Shown here piece by piece: positions 19,524-28,501 of a stretch of 64,000 bases of DNA (positions within the stretch are counted from its first letter, which is position 1; each line of letters starts with the position of its first letter). The notes below the pieces were generated by a model. It saw only the letters and a list, made by a program, of their open reading frames with translations. It was not told the DNA's origin and searched no databases. The stretch is from Clostridia bacterium (lineage in GTDB: Bacteria > Bacillota > Clostridia > RGIG6154), in the NCBI GenBank assembly GCA_017410375.1, contig JAFQQW010000051.1, positions 12,524 to 76,523 on the forward strand. The letters run 5' to 3'. Both the position numbers and the translations under genes were made by a program.

Positions 19524-19557
19524 AAATATTTAAAAAACAGAAATGGAGTGTTTTGAC

Positions 19558-22320
19558 ATGCAGTATCAATCCTTTTTGTTAAACGGTAATTGGGAGATGA
19601 GCTATCAACGCAAGGCATACCAAGGAATGGAAAACCCCTGGAATGTGTCAGATATGGCACTTTCTTCCAAAACAGCATTTGTCAGCAACGCAATACCCGG
19701 CTATTGGGAGGATATGACCGAAATTTTCACATCTTTACCTTTTGCGAATGACATTAAAATCAATCCGGAATTTGGCGGTCAAAGATACCCAATGACCGGT
19801 CGCTGTCCCGATATGGCGCTTCCAAATGTAATGGGTAATTTCTTTTATCGGCGTACCTTTGATTTTAAGCCCTCAGACGGAGAAAAAACACTGTTTTTTG
19901 AAGGCGTACAAAACACGGTGATGGTCTGGTTAAATGATGCATATATCGGCAGACACGAGGGCTACAGCACGCCCTTTGAACTGCCCGTTCCCGAAAACGC
20001 ACTGAAGAACGGCGAAAATACGGTGGTGCTTTCTGTGTCTAACGATCGCCTTGCAGGGTATGGCGGTTATCCCGTTTCAGGTTTGACTTCCCGTGCCGCC
20101 AACGAATATACCGGCGGTATTACCGGAAAAGTAGAACTTAGAGTTTACGAATCACCTTTACGGGATGTGGTAATTAAAGTTTCCGAAGATGTCAAAACCG
20201 TTTCGGTGGAGGTTATTGCAACCCAAAAAGCACCCATTACCTGGAAAATCCGGGATGGCGAAACTGTATTAAAAAGCGGAAGTGCTACGGGTAATTTTTT
20301 GTTTGATACAAAGGGACTTGCGTGTTGGAGTCCCGAAAATCCGAAGCTCTACACACTTATTGCAGAATGCGAAAAGGGATATATTGAGCGAAAGTTCGGT
20401 GTACGGAAGTTGATTGCCGACGGACCGCATTTTAGTTTGAACGGCTATCCTTATTACTTAAGAGGTATTTGTGAGCATTGTTATTTCCCCGAAACCATAC
20501 ATCCCGCACATGATTTGAAGTATTATCGCAGTATCATCAGGCATATCAAAAAGCTTGGCTTTAATTTTATCCGTTTTCACACCTATATTCCGGAAGAGGA
20601 ATATATGCAGGCAGCGGATGAATTGGGTGTTTTGGTGCATGTGGAAAGCCCGGGCAACACAACACTTGCTGAATGGGCAGAGATTGTACGGTTTTGTCGC
20701 CGACACCCTTCGGTAGTGATTTACTGTTGCGGCAACGAGTTACAGATGGATGACGCCTTTATTGGCCACTTGGAAAAGTGTGCTGCTGAAGTGCATGCGC
20801 AAACAGATGCTTTATTCTCACCCATCAGTGCACTCCGGGGATTAGAATATAATTTTATTGAGCCGGAGCAGGAGCAACACTTAAAGCACGAACCTTTTAA
20901 GCATCATCCGCCGCGGTTTAAGCGGACGAGTGGCTTTTGTGATTTGTATTCCAGCTACGCCGGCGGAGATCACAGCTATACTTCGATAAAATGTGACCCT
21001 GCCGCAGAGGATGCGAAAAGTGTAGTTTATCACCACAAGCCCAGAGTCAGCCATGAAATCTGCATTGACGGTACATACACAGATTTAAGCTTAAAGGACA
21101 GATACAAAGGAACAAGAGTGGGTCGAACAGAAATGTTTTCCTCCATTGAAGAACATCTTGCCGAAAAAGGGCTGTTAAAAAACGCGCCACTGTATTTTAA
21201 GAATTCTTGTGAATGGCAACGACGTGTCAGAAAATACTGCTTTGAAGCGGTACGGCGCAGTGAATATATTGCAGGCTATGATTTTTTAGGCCCCATTGAT
21301 ACCCATTGGCACACTTTTGGTTATGATGTGGGTATGATGAACGAATTTTACGAGTTAAAACCCGGGGAGTCGGTTCGCAATGTACGTATGTACAATTCCG
21401 AAACCATTTTGCTGACCGATCTGGCAAGGAAGAGAAATTTCAAGTCGGGTGAAATACTGTCCTGTAAAATTCTTTGCTCGTCCTATCACAAAGCAGTTCT
21501 AAAAAATGCTGTACTGGATATCCGACTCACCTTAAATGGGGATGTGATCGAAAGACAACAGGCTGTAATTGAAGAAATCCAAAACGGAAAAGTGTCGGAA
21601 ATTTATCATTTGAAAATGACTCTGCCGACTGTACAAACGCCCGGTGCCATAGAGCTTTGCGTTGCTTTGAACGGAGATGTGCTTTATACTGAAAACGAAT
21701 GGGAGCTTTATCTGTTCCCCGAGCATATAATTTCAGAACGAGATATTCTGGTATCAAGCGGTATGACAGAACAAGAACTGATTGCGGCACTGCGGGCAGG
21801 CAAGGATGTTCTGCTTCTTGGTGCAGACCCCTTTGCAAGTCTGCCGTGCACCTTTAAAATAGCGCTTGCAGGGCGTTGTGCAGGTAATCTTGCAACGGTC
21901 ATAAACGACCATCCTGCCATAGGCGATATTCCGCATGAGGGCTTTTGCGGGTGGCAGTTTGCCGAGCTTTTTGAGGGTGGCAGGGCGGTTTGCTTTGAAG
22001 ATAAGAGCCTGCCTTTCCATCCCATTATAGAGGTTGTGTCCACCCATAAATGTGTCATTCGTCAGGCAGCACTTTTTGAATTTGCGGCGTTTGACGGAAG
22101 ATGTGTGGTTTGTTCCTTTAAGTTTGACTCAAAGGATCCGGCGGCAAATTATTTAAAAGCACAACTTATAAATTATATGCAAAGCAAAGCTTTTACCCCC
22201 ACCGATGTTCTGTCCGAAGAACAATTGGGGGCACTCGTTCATCAAGAAGTGACAAATGTTTCGGGAAACACAAACTTTGCAGTAAATCCAAACGACAAAA
22301 CGGCTGTCCGGAATAAATAA
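19558..22320 (+). CDS. GH2-family glycosidase (beta-galactosidase/glucuronidase-like), no signal peptide
   Basis: The N-terminal sugar-binding-domain block (FFYRRTFDF... LFFEGVQNTVMVWLNDAYIGRHEGYSTPFE) and the TIM-barrel block (GFNFIRFHTY... VIYCCGNE with the N-E acid/base) are GH2-like. Start moved to ATG 19558 (GGAG 9 nt upstream). Confidence 0.8.
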   Translation: MQYQSFLLNGNWEMSYQRKAYQGMENPWNVSDMALSSKTAFVSNAIPGYWEDMTEIFTSLPFANDIKINPEFGGQRYPMTGRCPDMALPNVMGNFFYRRTFDFKPSDGEKTLFFEGVQNTVMVWLNDAYIGRHEGYSTPFELPVPENALKNGENTVVLSVSNDRLAGYGGYPVSGLTSRAANEYTGGITGKVELRVYESPLRDVVIKVSEDVKTVSVEVIATQKAPITWKIRDGETVLKSGSATGNFLFDTKGLACWSPENPKLYTLIAECEKGYIERKFGVRKLIADGPHFSLNGYPYYLRGICEHCYFPETIHPAHDLKYYRSIIRHIKKLGFNFIRFHTYIPEEEYMQAADELGVLVHVESPGNTTLAEWAEIVRFCRRHPSVVIYCCGNELQMDDAFIGHLEKCAAEVHAQTDALFSPISALRGLEYNFIEPEQEQHLKHEPFKHHPPRFKRTSGFCDLYSSYAGGDHSYTSIKCDPAAEDAKSVVYHHKPRVSHEICIDGTYTDLSLKDRYKGTRVGRTEMFSSIEEHLAEKGLLKNAPLYFKNSCEWQRRVRKYCFEAVRRSEYIAGYDFLGPIDTHWHTFGYDVGMMNEFYELKPGESVRNVRMYNSETILLTDLARKRNFKSGEILSCKILCSSYHKAVLKNAVLDIRLTLNGDVIERQQAVIEEIQNGKVSEIYHLKMTLPTVQTPGAIELCVALNGDVLYTENEWELYLFPEHIISERDILVSSGMTEQELIAALRAGKDVLLLGADPFASLPCTFKIALAGRCAGNLATVINDHPAIGDIPHEGFCGWQFAELFEGGRAVCFEDKSLPFHPIIEVVSTHKCVIRQAALFEFAAFDGRCVVCSFKFDSKDPAANYLKAQLINYMQSKAFTPTDVLSEEQLGALVHQEVTNVSGNTNFAVNPNDKTAVRNK

Positions 22321-22424
22321 AGAGGTATACAAAACGAACTTCGCAGACACAAAAAGAACATTTTTAAACCTGCCTATTGGTTCAATGGGCAGTAATTGGT
22401 TCCCTTTGCAATGTACCGGAAGCT

Positions 22425-22469
22425 CCTGTAAACGATACAACCGCTGTTTATATGAAAAACAACCGGTGG
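22425..22469 (+). pseudogene. Remnant 2 of the same beta-lactamase-family gene
   Basis: cctgtaaacgatacaaccgctgtttatatgaaaaacaaccggtgg aligns with 16982-17026 (PVNDITAVYMKNNRW versus PVNDTTAVYMKNNRW). In the intact-length paralog the two blocks are 110 bp apart; here they are about 3.2 kb apart. Confidence 0.6.
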
Positions 22470-22905
22470 TATTTCATTTCAGGGCTATGCCTTACCCGAT
22501 ACCGGCTGTGCACAAGTGCGCTTTTACCCATCTGCCAGCCATGCAATTATTACTTGCTGCCCATAAATGGATCGTTTTTTTGCAATCTTCCCCTTGAGGG
22601 CGATGATTGCCCATGGCAATCGTTTATCGCCGACCGAGTCGGCAGACGAGACAGCTGTCGAGCATAGCGAGACTGATGAGGTGTTAATTTTATAATCTTT
22701 CCATACCTACATTGCCACCTCATCCGAGTTTTTCTCTGCAAAACCCACCTTCCCCTCACGGGGAAGGCTTTCCACCAAATTGTTTGTGCAATTTTACAAT
22801 ATTTAAAAGTAATATACTTTTTTATACGCTTTACTTTGCTGTCCGTTCATCGGTTAACCTTTATTGAATCACGCGACCATCGCGTGGTTTTCGTTGCAAA
22901 CAACG

Positions 22906-22936
22906 AAAAGAGACCGGCATATGCCGGTCTCTTTTA
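22906..22936. terminator. Palindromic hairpin, probable terminator of giant gene 1
   Basis: AGAGACCGGCAT/ATGCCGGTCTCT is a perfect 24-nt palindrome (22909-22932) flanked by AAA and TTT. It lies about 110 nt downstream of the stop at 23042. The U-tracts on both strands are short. Confidence 0.5.
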
Positions 22937-23041
22937 TCGCTCATTTTCTCGCATCAAAGTTTTATAAAACGTATCAGCAATACACGCGCGTTTCTGCAAG
23001 CACATTAACTATCTGCTTTGCTTCAAACTGATTAAACAACC

Positions 23042-26000
23042 TCACTTTATCGGCTTTAATGTACCGCTTCCGCCGCTTACTGTCTCACCTGATAAAAGTT
23101 CGGATGACAAAGTATACTCAAAGGTTTTTGTTGAATCATCTACCTTTACAATAAATTCATACGGATATACATCGTCAGTCATTGTCATGGTTTCTCCACC
23201 AATACTGTAAGACAGTGTTACGTTCTTTGTAGTATTGGGTTTATCTGTTACATAAACATATGCATAGTATCCATCGGGAGACATCTGCAAAACGTAACCC
23301 TTACCATTTGTGTGTGTTGAAACGGTATTTTCAATTTTTGAATTTGTAGTAGAGTATTCTACCTTTGAAAATGCAGGTGCTTTTACTGCATCTGTTTTAA
23401 TGATGATTGCCTTTAATGCTCTTGCAGGAATGGTAAGTTCGGCTTTTCCGTCTGTAAACATAACGGTTCCGATATTGCCTGTTTTATCATAAAGTGTTGC
23501 GCTTCCTGTGTAAGCACCAATCTTTTCACCTAAGGAAATGGTGGTTGTTACATCTTGTTGAGACTCATTCATAAATGCTATACCGGCAACGCCATCTTTC
23601 TTGGCTGCCATAAAGTCAATTTGAATATTTCCGGTTTCAACAATGCCTTCATCCAGCCATGCCCACATATTTTCTTCATCATAGAACTTTCCTGCTTCAT
23701 GTCCGTACTGATTGGAGTTAAAGTACGCATAACCTTGCTGACGGAGGGATGGGAACTTAATATTTCCGTTTGACCACAGAAGCGTCTGGTTGATTAAGAA
23801 ATCTTCCAGCATTGCCAAGAACGGCGTAATATGATGTGCATAAATAGCGGTATAGTCCGGTCCTTCAAACGGATATTGTTCGGTTTGCTGATATGTAGTA
23901 AAGCCTGTTAATTTATAACCCGGATAATTTGAAAATCTGCCGATGATTACATTTCGAGCAAGCATTTCATAGTATTCATCATCCGTATACAAGGAAAGTC
24001 TCATCAAATCCCCTGCCCATGTATTCATGGTAATATGTCCGGATGATCCCTGGAAAGTAGAAGATTGTTCAAGACCAAGACCGACACGAGACGGAATCCA
24101 GGAGGGTACTTCACCTGTAAGCTTAGTGATATTCACATTACTGGACAAGTCGCTGAAGTGTTCTCCCGGACGTCCTACACGGAATCTCTTGTCGCCTGCC
24201 CACCAGGAGTCGTTACCGTCTTTGTCCGCATCTCCGTTCCATTTCATGATTTCATTTATATCGTTCGCCAGTACAGTGCCGTTTTTCTTTTCTCCATCCA
24301 GACCCGGCACCCAAAGCGTGGTTGCAAGATAACGTGCAACTTCTTCTGCTGCATCTAAAAATCTTTGCTCTCCTGTTATCTCATAAATGTCGATTAATGA
24401 AGCTAAATTGGGGAAGTATGAAATGTTGATAAAGGAACTCCAGCCAATCATTGAGGTAGGTGTCGCATATACCACTTCCTCTAAATATTTATCGGCATCA
24501 GCAACAGCTTTATCCAAATACGTCTTGTCTCCTGTGTATTTATACATGTTCAGGAGATTTGAAAAAGATGCGATAGAACCATAGGAGTTGGTAACCTCGC
24601 TCGTTCCTTTTTTCAATGCATGTTCATGTAAGAAAGGAACCATACCACGTGTCATTTCATACATACCGCCATACACATTGGCGTTGAAACCTGCAATCGG
24701 TTCACCAATCGGCATGGGCAATTCTTTGAATGACCAGTACGAAAGTCCGCCTTTTCGGTCTGTAGAATTAAAATGTATATCCCCTCTTGTGAGTGTGGAC
24801 GCAATGGTCGGAATCGCTCTTTCGGTTAAGACATTTTCATCTTCTGTCAGCAAATACTGTTGCATTGCATACATCGGATTACCCTGGGATGTAACATTCA
24901 TACCTTCCATATTGTAGTGTCCCATGTTGTTTGCATCCCAACCACCGTAATAATCATCCATCATAAGTTTTCTTGTATTGAAGATTGCGGTTGTCAAAGA
25001 TGTATTCACATTTTCACGGTAATCGCTTACATCAAATAATTCCTGTGTGATATATTTATAGGTATCAAACCAATCTCCCGGTGTACTTACAATACGATAC
25101 TTAAAGGTATAACTGTCACCTGCATTCATTTTTGAGTCTTCTGTACCTAAAACAGGGGCAAAAGCTGACGCACGGTAATTGCCGTAAACGCCTTTCATAT
25201 TTATACCAAATATACCATTGTCGTTATAAACCCAACGAAGCGGAATGAATGAGGGCTCTACTACAACACCTTTGGTAACCTGAACGCCGTTTTTGGTTGT
25301 TGTATATGTGCCCATAGGCGTAAAGAGATATTGTTCAATAAGAAGACATTTATCGCCATGAATTCTCTTACCTTGTACACGATAGGGTGCGAGAGCGAAC
25401 GAAATGTCATCATAAGCCATTTCACTGCCTTCCCAACCGCCCATGGTATAGAAGCCTTCTTTGTTTGCCACCATATTCATTGTAACAAGAGGTGTTTTGG
25501 TATCATCCAGCGACCAGATAACTTCTAACGACACCCCATCTTTATCTTCAAAGAGGAGCTTCAACTGATTATCTGCAATTTTTTCCATTCCGATGGGCAC
25601 AAACCAAGTTTTTAAACCACTTGCGTACAAATCATTACCTGCATACAGACGACTGATTCCGTCTTCTTTGAATTGCGTGCTGAACGTATACTTATCCTCA
25701 GCAGGCGCCATTTCCTGGGCATTATCTGCCGAAATAACCACATAGCCCAATTCTTCTTTACGTTCTTTTGTTAAAACGTATTGACCATTCTGTTTTGCGT
25801 AAATTTCGTTTTGAATTACAGGTCCTTTTGCAGTCGGAACATTATAAAATACAACCTTTACATCTGCATTTTCGAGTACAATTTCTTGTGTCGGTTCTGC
25901 TTGTTCTTTTGCATATTGCGGAAAACCTGCAGACTTGCCCGATGTAGGATTGAACGGAGATGCAATTGCATACATACTATTCATATTTTCCGGCGGAACG

Positions 26001-28339
26001 TAATTGGGATCCTCTGTCAATAAAATCGCATCACATCTTGCGCCAAAAGCGGAGGTATCTATCAGCGAAAGCTCGTTTTCACCTTCTTTTACAGATACTT
26101 CGCCTGCACGCATCCATATAAATCCTGTCTTTCCATGGGTACCAAATTCTGCATCCACACGTTTGCCGTTAACTTCAATCTGAAACTTTCTGGTTCCCTG
26201 CTGGTTGTACTGGAAGTCTTTAGATCTTGCCCAAAGGGTATATGTTCCGCTCTCAGGCGCATCAAAAGTAACCTTTGCGGGTTTTGTTTTAGATGGATCC
26301 GCGTCCTTGGGCGTAGGATTGCCGACATTCGGATGCATACCTCTTAAAGCTTTTCCGTCAAAAGCACCCGACACACCGGTTTCAAACGACCATGTACCGA
26401 GTTCTTTAAAAGAAGAAGGTACAAACCAATAGGTTCTCGGTGTAACACGCGCCATAATAACTACGGTTTGTGTTTCGTCTATCCATTCTACATTTGCGCC
26501 CAATGCTTCCGATACAAAACGGAGCGGAACCAAAGTTCTGTCGTTTACAACAATGGCAGGCTGATCCATAAACTTGCCTTCGTTGTCAATTCTTGCCATA
26601 CTATCCCCGATGGGAAGCATTATTGTTTTACCGTTTCTTATACCGATTGCGGTCTGGTTGTCATTATCCCATTGTACATCGCAACCAAGTGCCTCAAAAA
26701 TAGCACGGAACGGAACCATAGTTCTGTCATTCATTAAAATCGGAGGCACATCAAATTGCATATATTCGCCATTTAATTTTACCGCAATTTCATCTGCAGG
26801 TCTGCCAGTATTATCTTGTGCCTGTTGCTTTACAGTGCCCGGTACATATTGTTTTTTGGAAAGCTCTTTGAAATTTTCAACCGAATCATCCACCTTAAAA
26901 TACAAGTCGTCCGTAATGATGATCATATCCACACGTGCATTGTATCCTTTATAGTCCATCACTTTCAGCAATTTTTCGCCGGAAGAAAACGGAAGTACGG
27001 CACTTTCCTGCCATCCCCAGGCATCCTTTCCGAGTGCACCAAAAACGATATCCGGATTTTCGCCGGCTTTCACCTTGAACAATCGGGTGCCCGGCATAGA
27101 CGCAAAATCTCTTGTATGTACCATGACTTTGTAAAAACCGTCTTTAGGAATGCCAAACTTTGCTGTAGCCGGATTATTCGACGAATCCTTGTTATCATTT
27201 CTTCCTACCATAATATTGGGAAGCACGCTGTTTTTGGTATCCTGATTTGTAATTTCCCAACTTCCCAAGCTGTTCTTAAAGGTTTCGGGTGTATATACAT
27301 AGTAGTTATACCCCTCTTTAAACTCTACAGGTTTTGCCTCTACGGATGGTGTATCGGAACTTTCTGTCTTGGTTTCGAAATCGGTAGCTAAGTAAGGAAG
27401 AACCCATGCCGGATAGGTTTCGGTCATTTTTTGGATTTCTTCTGCCGTTTCAGGCAAAGGAAGATTGTCATTTGTTGTTAAAATAATGCCCTCTAATCTT
27501 CCGTAAAACGCAGCAGTATCAAACACTTCTATTGCTGTTCTGCCCTCCTTGAGGGTAACAGAACCAACCTCTTCCCAGGCAAATCTGCTCTCGCCATGGT
27601 CGCCGATAACCGTATCAAAACGTGTGCCGCCGACCGCAATATGGAAAAATCTTGTTCCGGATTCTACGATTGAGCCGTTTGAGCTTATAAAAGCTGCATA
27701 ATCTCTTGCCCTTGCATAAACCTTATAGGTGCCATCCTTCGGCACATATATACTTACCTGTGCCGACTTTGCGCTTTGCATGCTTGATGCGTTGGATTTT
27801 AAGATTTCTAAGGTTGCGCCCACTTCAGGTGCAGCAATATTCCAAGAGCCGGGATGTTCTTTAAAATCCTGTGCTTTAACAAATATCGTAGGTGCACCTG
27901 TATAACCTGCCGGCGGATCAGGCAATTTTACCGGCTCCGGCTTGGAAATAGTAAGATTCAATGTGTAGTTATTGTACGTATCTTCACCCTTAGGTCTTGA
28001 AGGCGCCGCCGCAGTTGCTTTGACAGCCAAAACCGTACGACCGCCATCTCTCATTTCGTTGGAGATGATGGTACTATCTAAGTTATACTTTACGTTTGCA
28101 TCACTTAAATTTACAAGTTCAGCCGTAACTTTATAACCTGCAAGACTGTTTTCAGTAACCTCCATCGGAAATTCGCTCAAAGGCACAACAAAGCGAATGC
28201 TGTTGTCCCCTACACCGGAAGAAACAGCCGTTACCTGAAATGAATCCTCTTTTGTTCCTGCAAAAACGTTCATGCCAAGCAGGTTGCACAGCATACAAAA
28301 GAGCATAAAAATTGCAATCCATTTCTTCATTTTCTTCAT
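23042..28339 (-). CDS. Giant secreted multidomain protein, paralog 1 of 3 (unassigned glycan-active-like core; three N-terminal repeat modules + Cu-amine-oxidase-N-like domain)
   Basis: 1765-aa ORF with signal peptide MKKWIAIFMLFCMLCNLLGMNVFA (the likely start is the second ATG at 28330). A repeated ~140-aa module is encoded at nt 27464-27886, 26900-27307 and 26000-26431. A copper-amine-oxidase-N1-like 'stalk' domain is at nt 26450-26791 (LNGEYMQFDVPPILMNDRTMVPFRAIFEALG... NDRTLVPLRFVSEALGANV). The C-terminal ~1000 aa are collinear with paralogs 2 and 3. Confidence 0.85.
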   Translation of the reverse strand: MKKMKKWIAIFMLFCMLCNLLGMNVFAGTKEDSFQVTAVSSGVGDNSIRFVVPLSEFPMEVTENSLAGYKVTAELVNLSDANVKYNLDSTIISNEMRDGGRTVLAVKATAAAPSRPKGEDTYNNYTLNLTISKPEPVKLPDPPAGYTGAPTIFVKAQDFKEHPGSWNIAAPEVGATLEILKSNASSMQSAKSAQVSIYVPKDGTYKVYARARDYAAFISSNGSIVESGTRFFHIAVGGTRFDTVIGDHGESRFAWEEVGSVTLKEGRTAIEVFDTAAFYGRLEGIILTTNDNLPLPETAEEIQKMTETYPAWVLPYLATDFETKTESSDTPSVEAKPVEFKEGYNYYVYTPETFKNSLGSWEITNQDTKNSVLPNIMVGRNDNKDSSNNPATAKFGIPKDGFYKVMVHTRDFASMPGTRLFKVKAGENPDIVFGALGKDAWGWQESAVLPFSSGEKLLKVMDYKGYNARVDMIIITDDLYFKVDDSVENFKELSKKQYVPGTVKQQAQDNTGRPADEIAVKLNGEYMQFDVPPILMNDRTMVPFRAIFEALGCDVQWDNDNQTAIGIRNGKTIMLPIGDSMARIDNEGKFMDQPAIVVNDRTLVPLRFVSEALGANVEWIDETQTVVIMARVTPRTYWFVPSSFKELGTWSFETGVSGAFDGKALRGMHPNVGNPTPKDADPSKTKPAKVTFDAPESGTYTLWARSKDFQYNQQGTRKFQIEVNGKRVDAEFGTHGKTGFIWMRAGEVSVKEGENELSLIDTSAFGARCDAILLTEDPNYVPPENMNSMYAIASPFNPTSGKSAGFPQYAKEQAEPTQEIVLENADVKVVFYNVPTAKGPVIQNEIYAKQNGQYVLTKERKEELGYVVISADNAQEMAPAEDKYTFSTQFKEDGISRLYAGNDLYASGLKTWFVPIGMEKIADNQLKLLFEDKDGVSLEVIWSLDDTKTPLVTMNMVANKEGFYTMGGWEGSEMAYDDISFALAPYRVQGKRIHGDKCLLIEQYLFTPMGTYTTTKNGVQVTKGVVVEPSFIPLRWVYNDNGIFGINMKGVYGNYRASAFAPVLGTEDSKMNAGDSYTFKYRIVSTPGDWFDTYKYITQELFDVSDYRENVNTSLTTAIFNTRKLMMDDYYGGWDANNMGHYNMEGMNVTSQGNPMYAMQQYLLTEDENVLTERAIPTIASTLTRGDIHFNSTDRKGGLSYWSFKELPMPIGEPIAGFNANVYGGMYEMTRGMVPFLHEHALKKGTSEVTNSYGSIASFSNLLNMYKYTGDKTYLDKAVADADKYLEEVVYATPTSMIGWSSFINISYFPNLASLIDIYEITGEQRFLDAAEEVARYLATTLWVPGLDGEKKNGTVLANDINEIMKWNGDADKDGNDSWWAGDKRFRVGRPGEHFSDLSSNVNITKLTGEVPSWIPSRVGLGLEQSSTFQGSSGHITMNTWAGDLMRLSLYTDDEYYEMLARNVIIGRFSNYPGYKLTGFTTYQQTEQYPFEGPDYTAIYAHHITPFLAMLEDFLINQTLLWSNGNIKFPSLRQQGYAYFNSNQYGHEAGKFYDEENMWAWLDEGIVETGNIQIDFMAAKKDGVAGIAFMNESQQDVTTTISLGEKIGAYTGSATLYDKTGNIGTVMFTDGKAELTIPARALKAIIIKTDAVKAPAFSKVEYSTTNSKIENTVSTHTNGKGYVLQMSPDGYYAYVYVTDKPNTTKNVTLSYSIGGETMTMTDDVYPYEFIVKVDDSTKTFEYTLSSELLSGETVSGGSGTLKPIK

Positions 28340-28418
28340 CCTTTCTTTTAGTTGTAATTCTAATTTCTACCGACATTATGCTTGCAAACAAGCTTGGTCG
28401 ATTAAAGTTTACATTTTT

Positions 28419-28427
28419 ATTATAACA
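28419..28427 (-). promoter_or_regulatory. Extended -10 element (TGtTATAAT) upstream of giant gene 1
   Basis: Minus strand TGTTATAAT, about 90 nt upstream of the start. No convincing -35. Confidence 0.3.
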
Positions 28428-28435
28428 TTTTTCTA

Positions 28436-28483
28436 TTTACAAAGCACGAAAAAAGTTGTATAATACTAGATAAAAGTTATTAT
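28436..28483 (+). repeat. Left arm of a 48-bp inverted repeat; contains the AraC promoter
   Basis: TTTACA (28436-28441), 17 nt, TATAAT (28459-28464), then 19 nt of leader. 43 of 48 positions match the reverse complement of 29299-29346 (base-by-base comparison). Confidence 0.8.
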
Positions 28484-28501
28484 TTCAAAGGAGGAATCAC
28501 A

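Noticed and set aside
22377-22667. 96-aa and 70-aa ORFs downstream of the GH2 gene as real genes
   Set aside because: Their only recognisable content is the 15-aa remnant of the beta-lactamase-family gene. There is no SD and the composition is odd. They are treated as pseudogene debris plus non-coding hairpins.
22664-22745. CTGATGAG motif (hammerhead-ribozyme core-like) at the base of a hairpin
   Set aside because: The CTGATGA is simply part of a 9-bp stem (GATGAGGTG/CACCTCATC). No GAAA core, no stem III and no cleavage-site context follows it.
26816-27391. 191-aa + strand ORF, and similar ORFs at 30997-31524, 42516-43109, 44916-45434, 54019-54513 and 63308-63802
   Set aside because: All are antisense shadows inside long, well-supported minus-strand genes. 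Their translations are low-complexity (Phe/Ile/Cys/Arg-rich), they lack SDs and they have no recognisable motifs.
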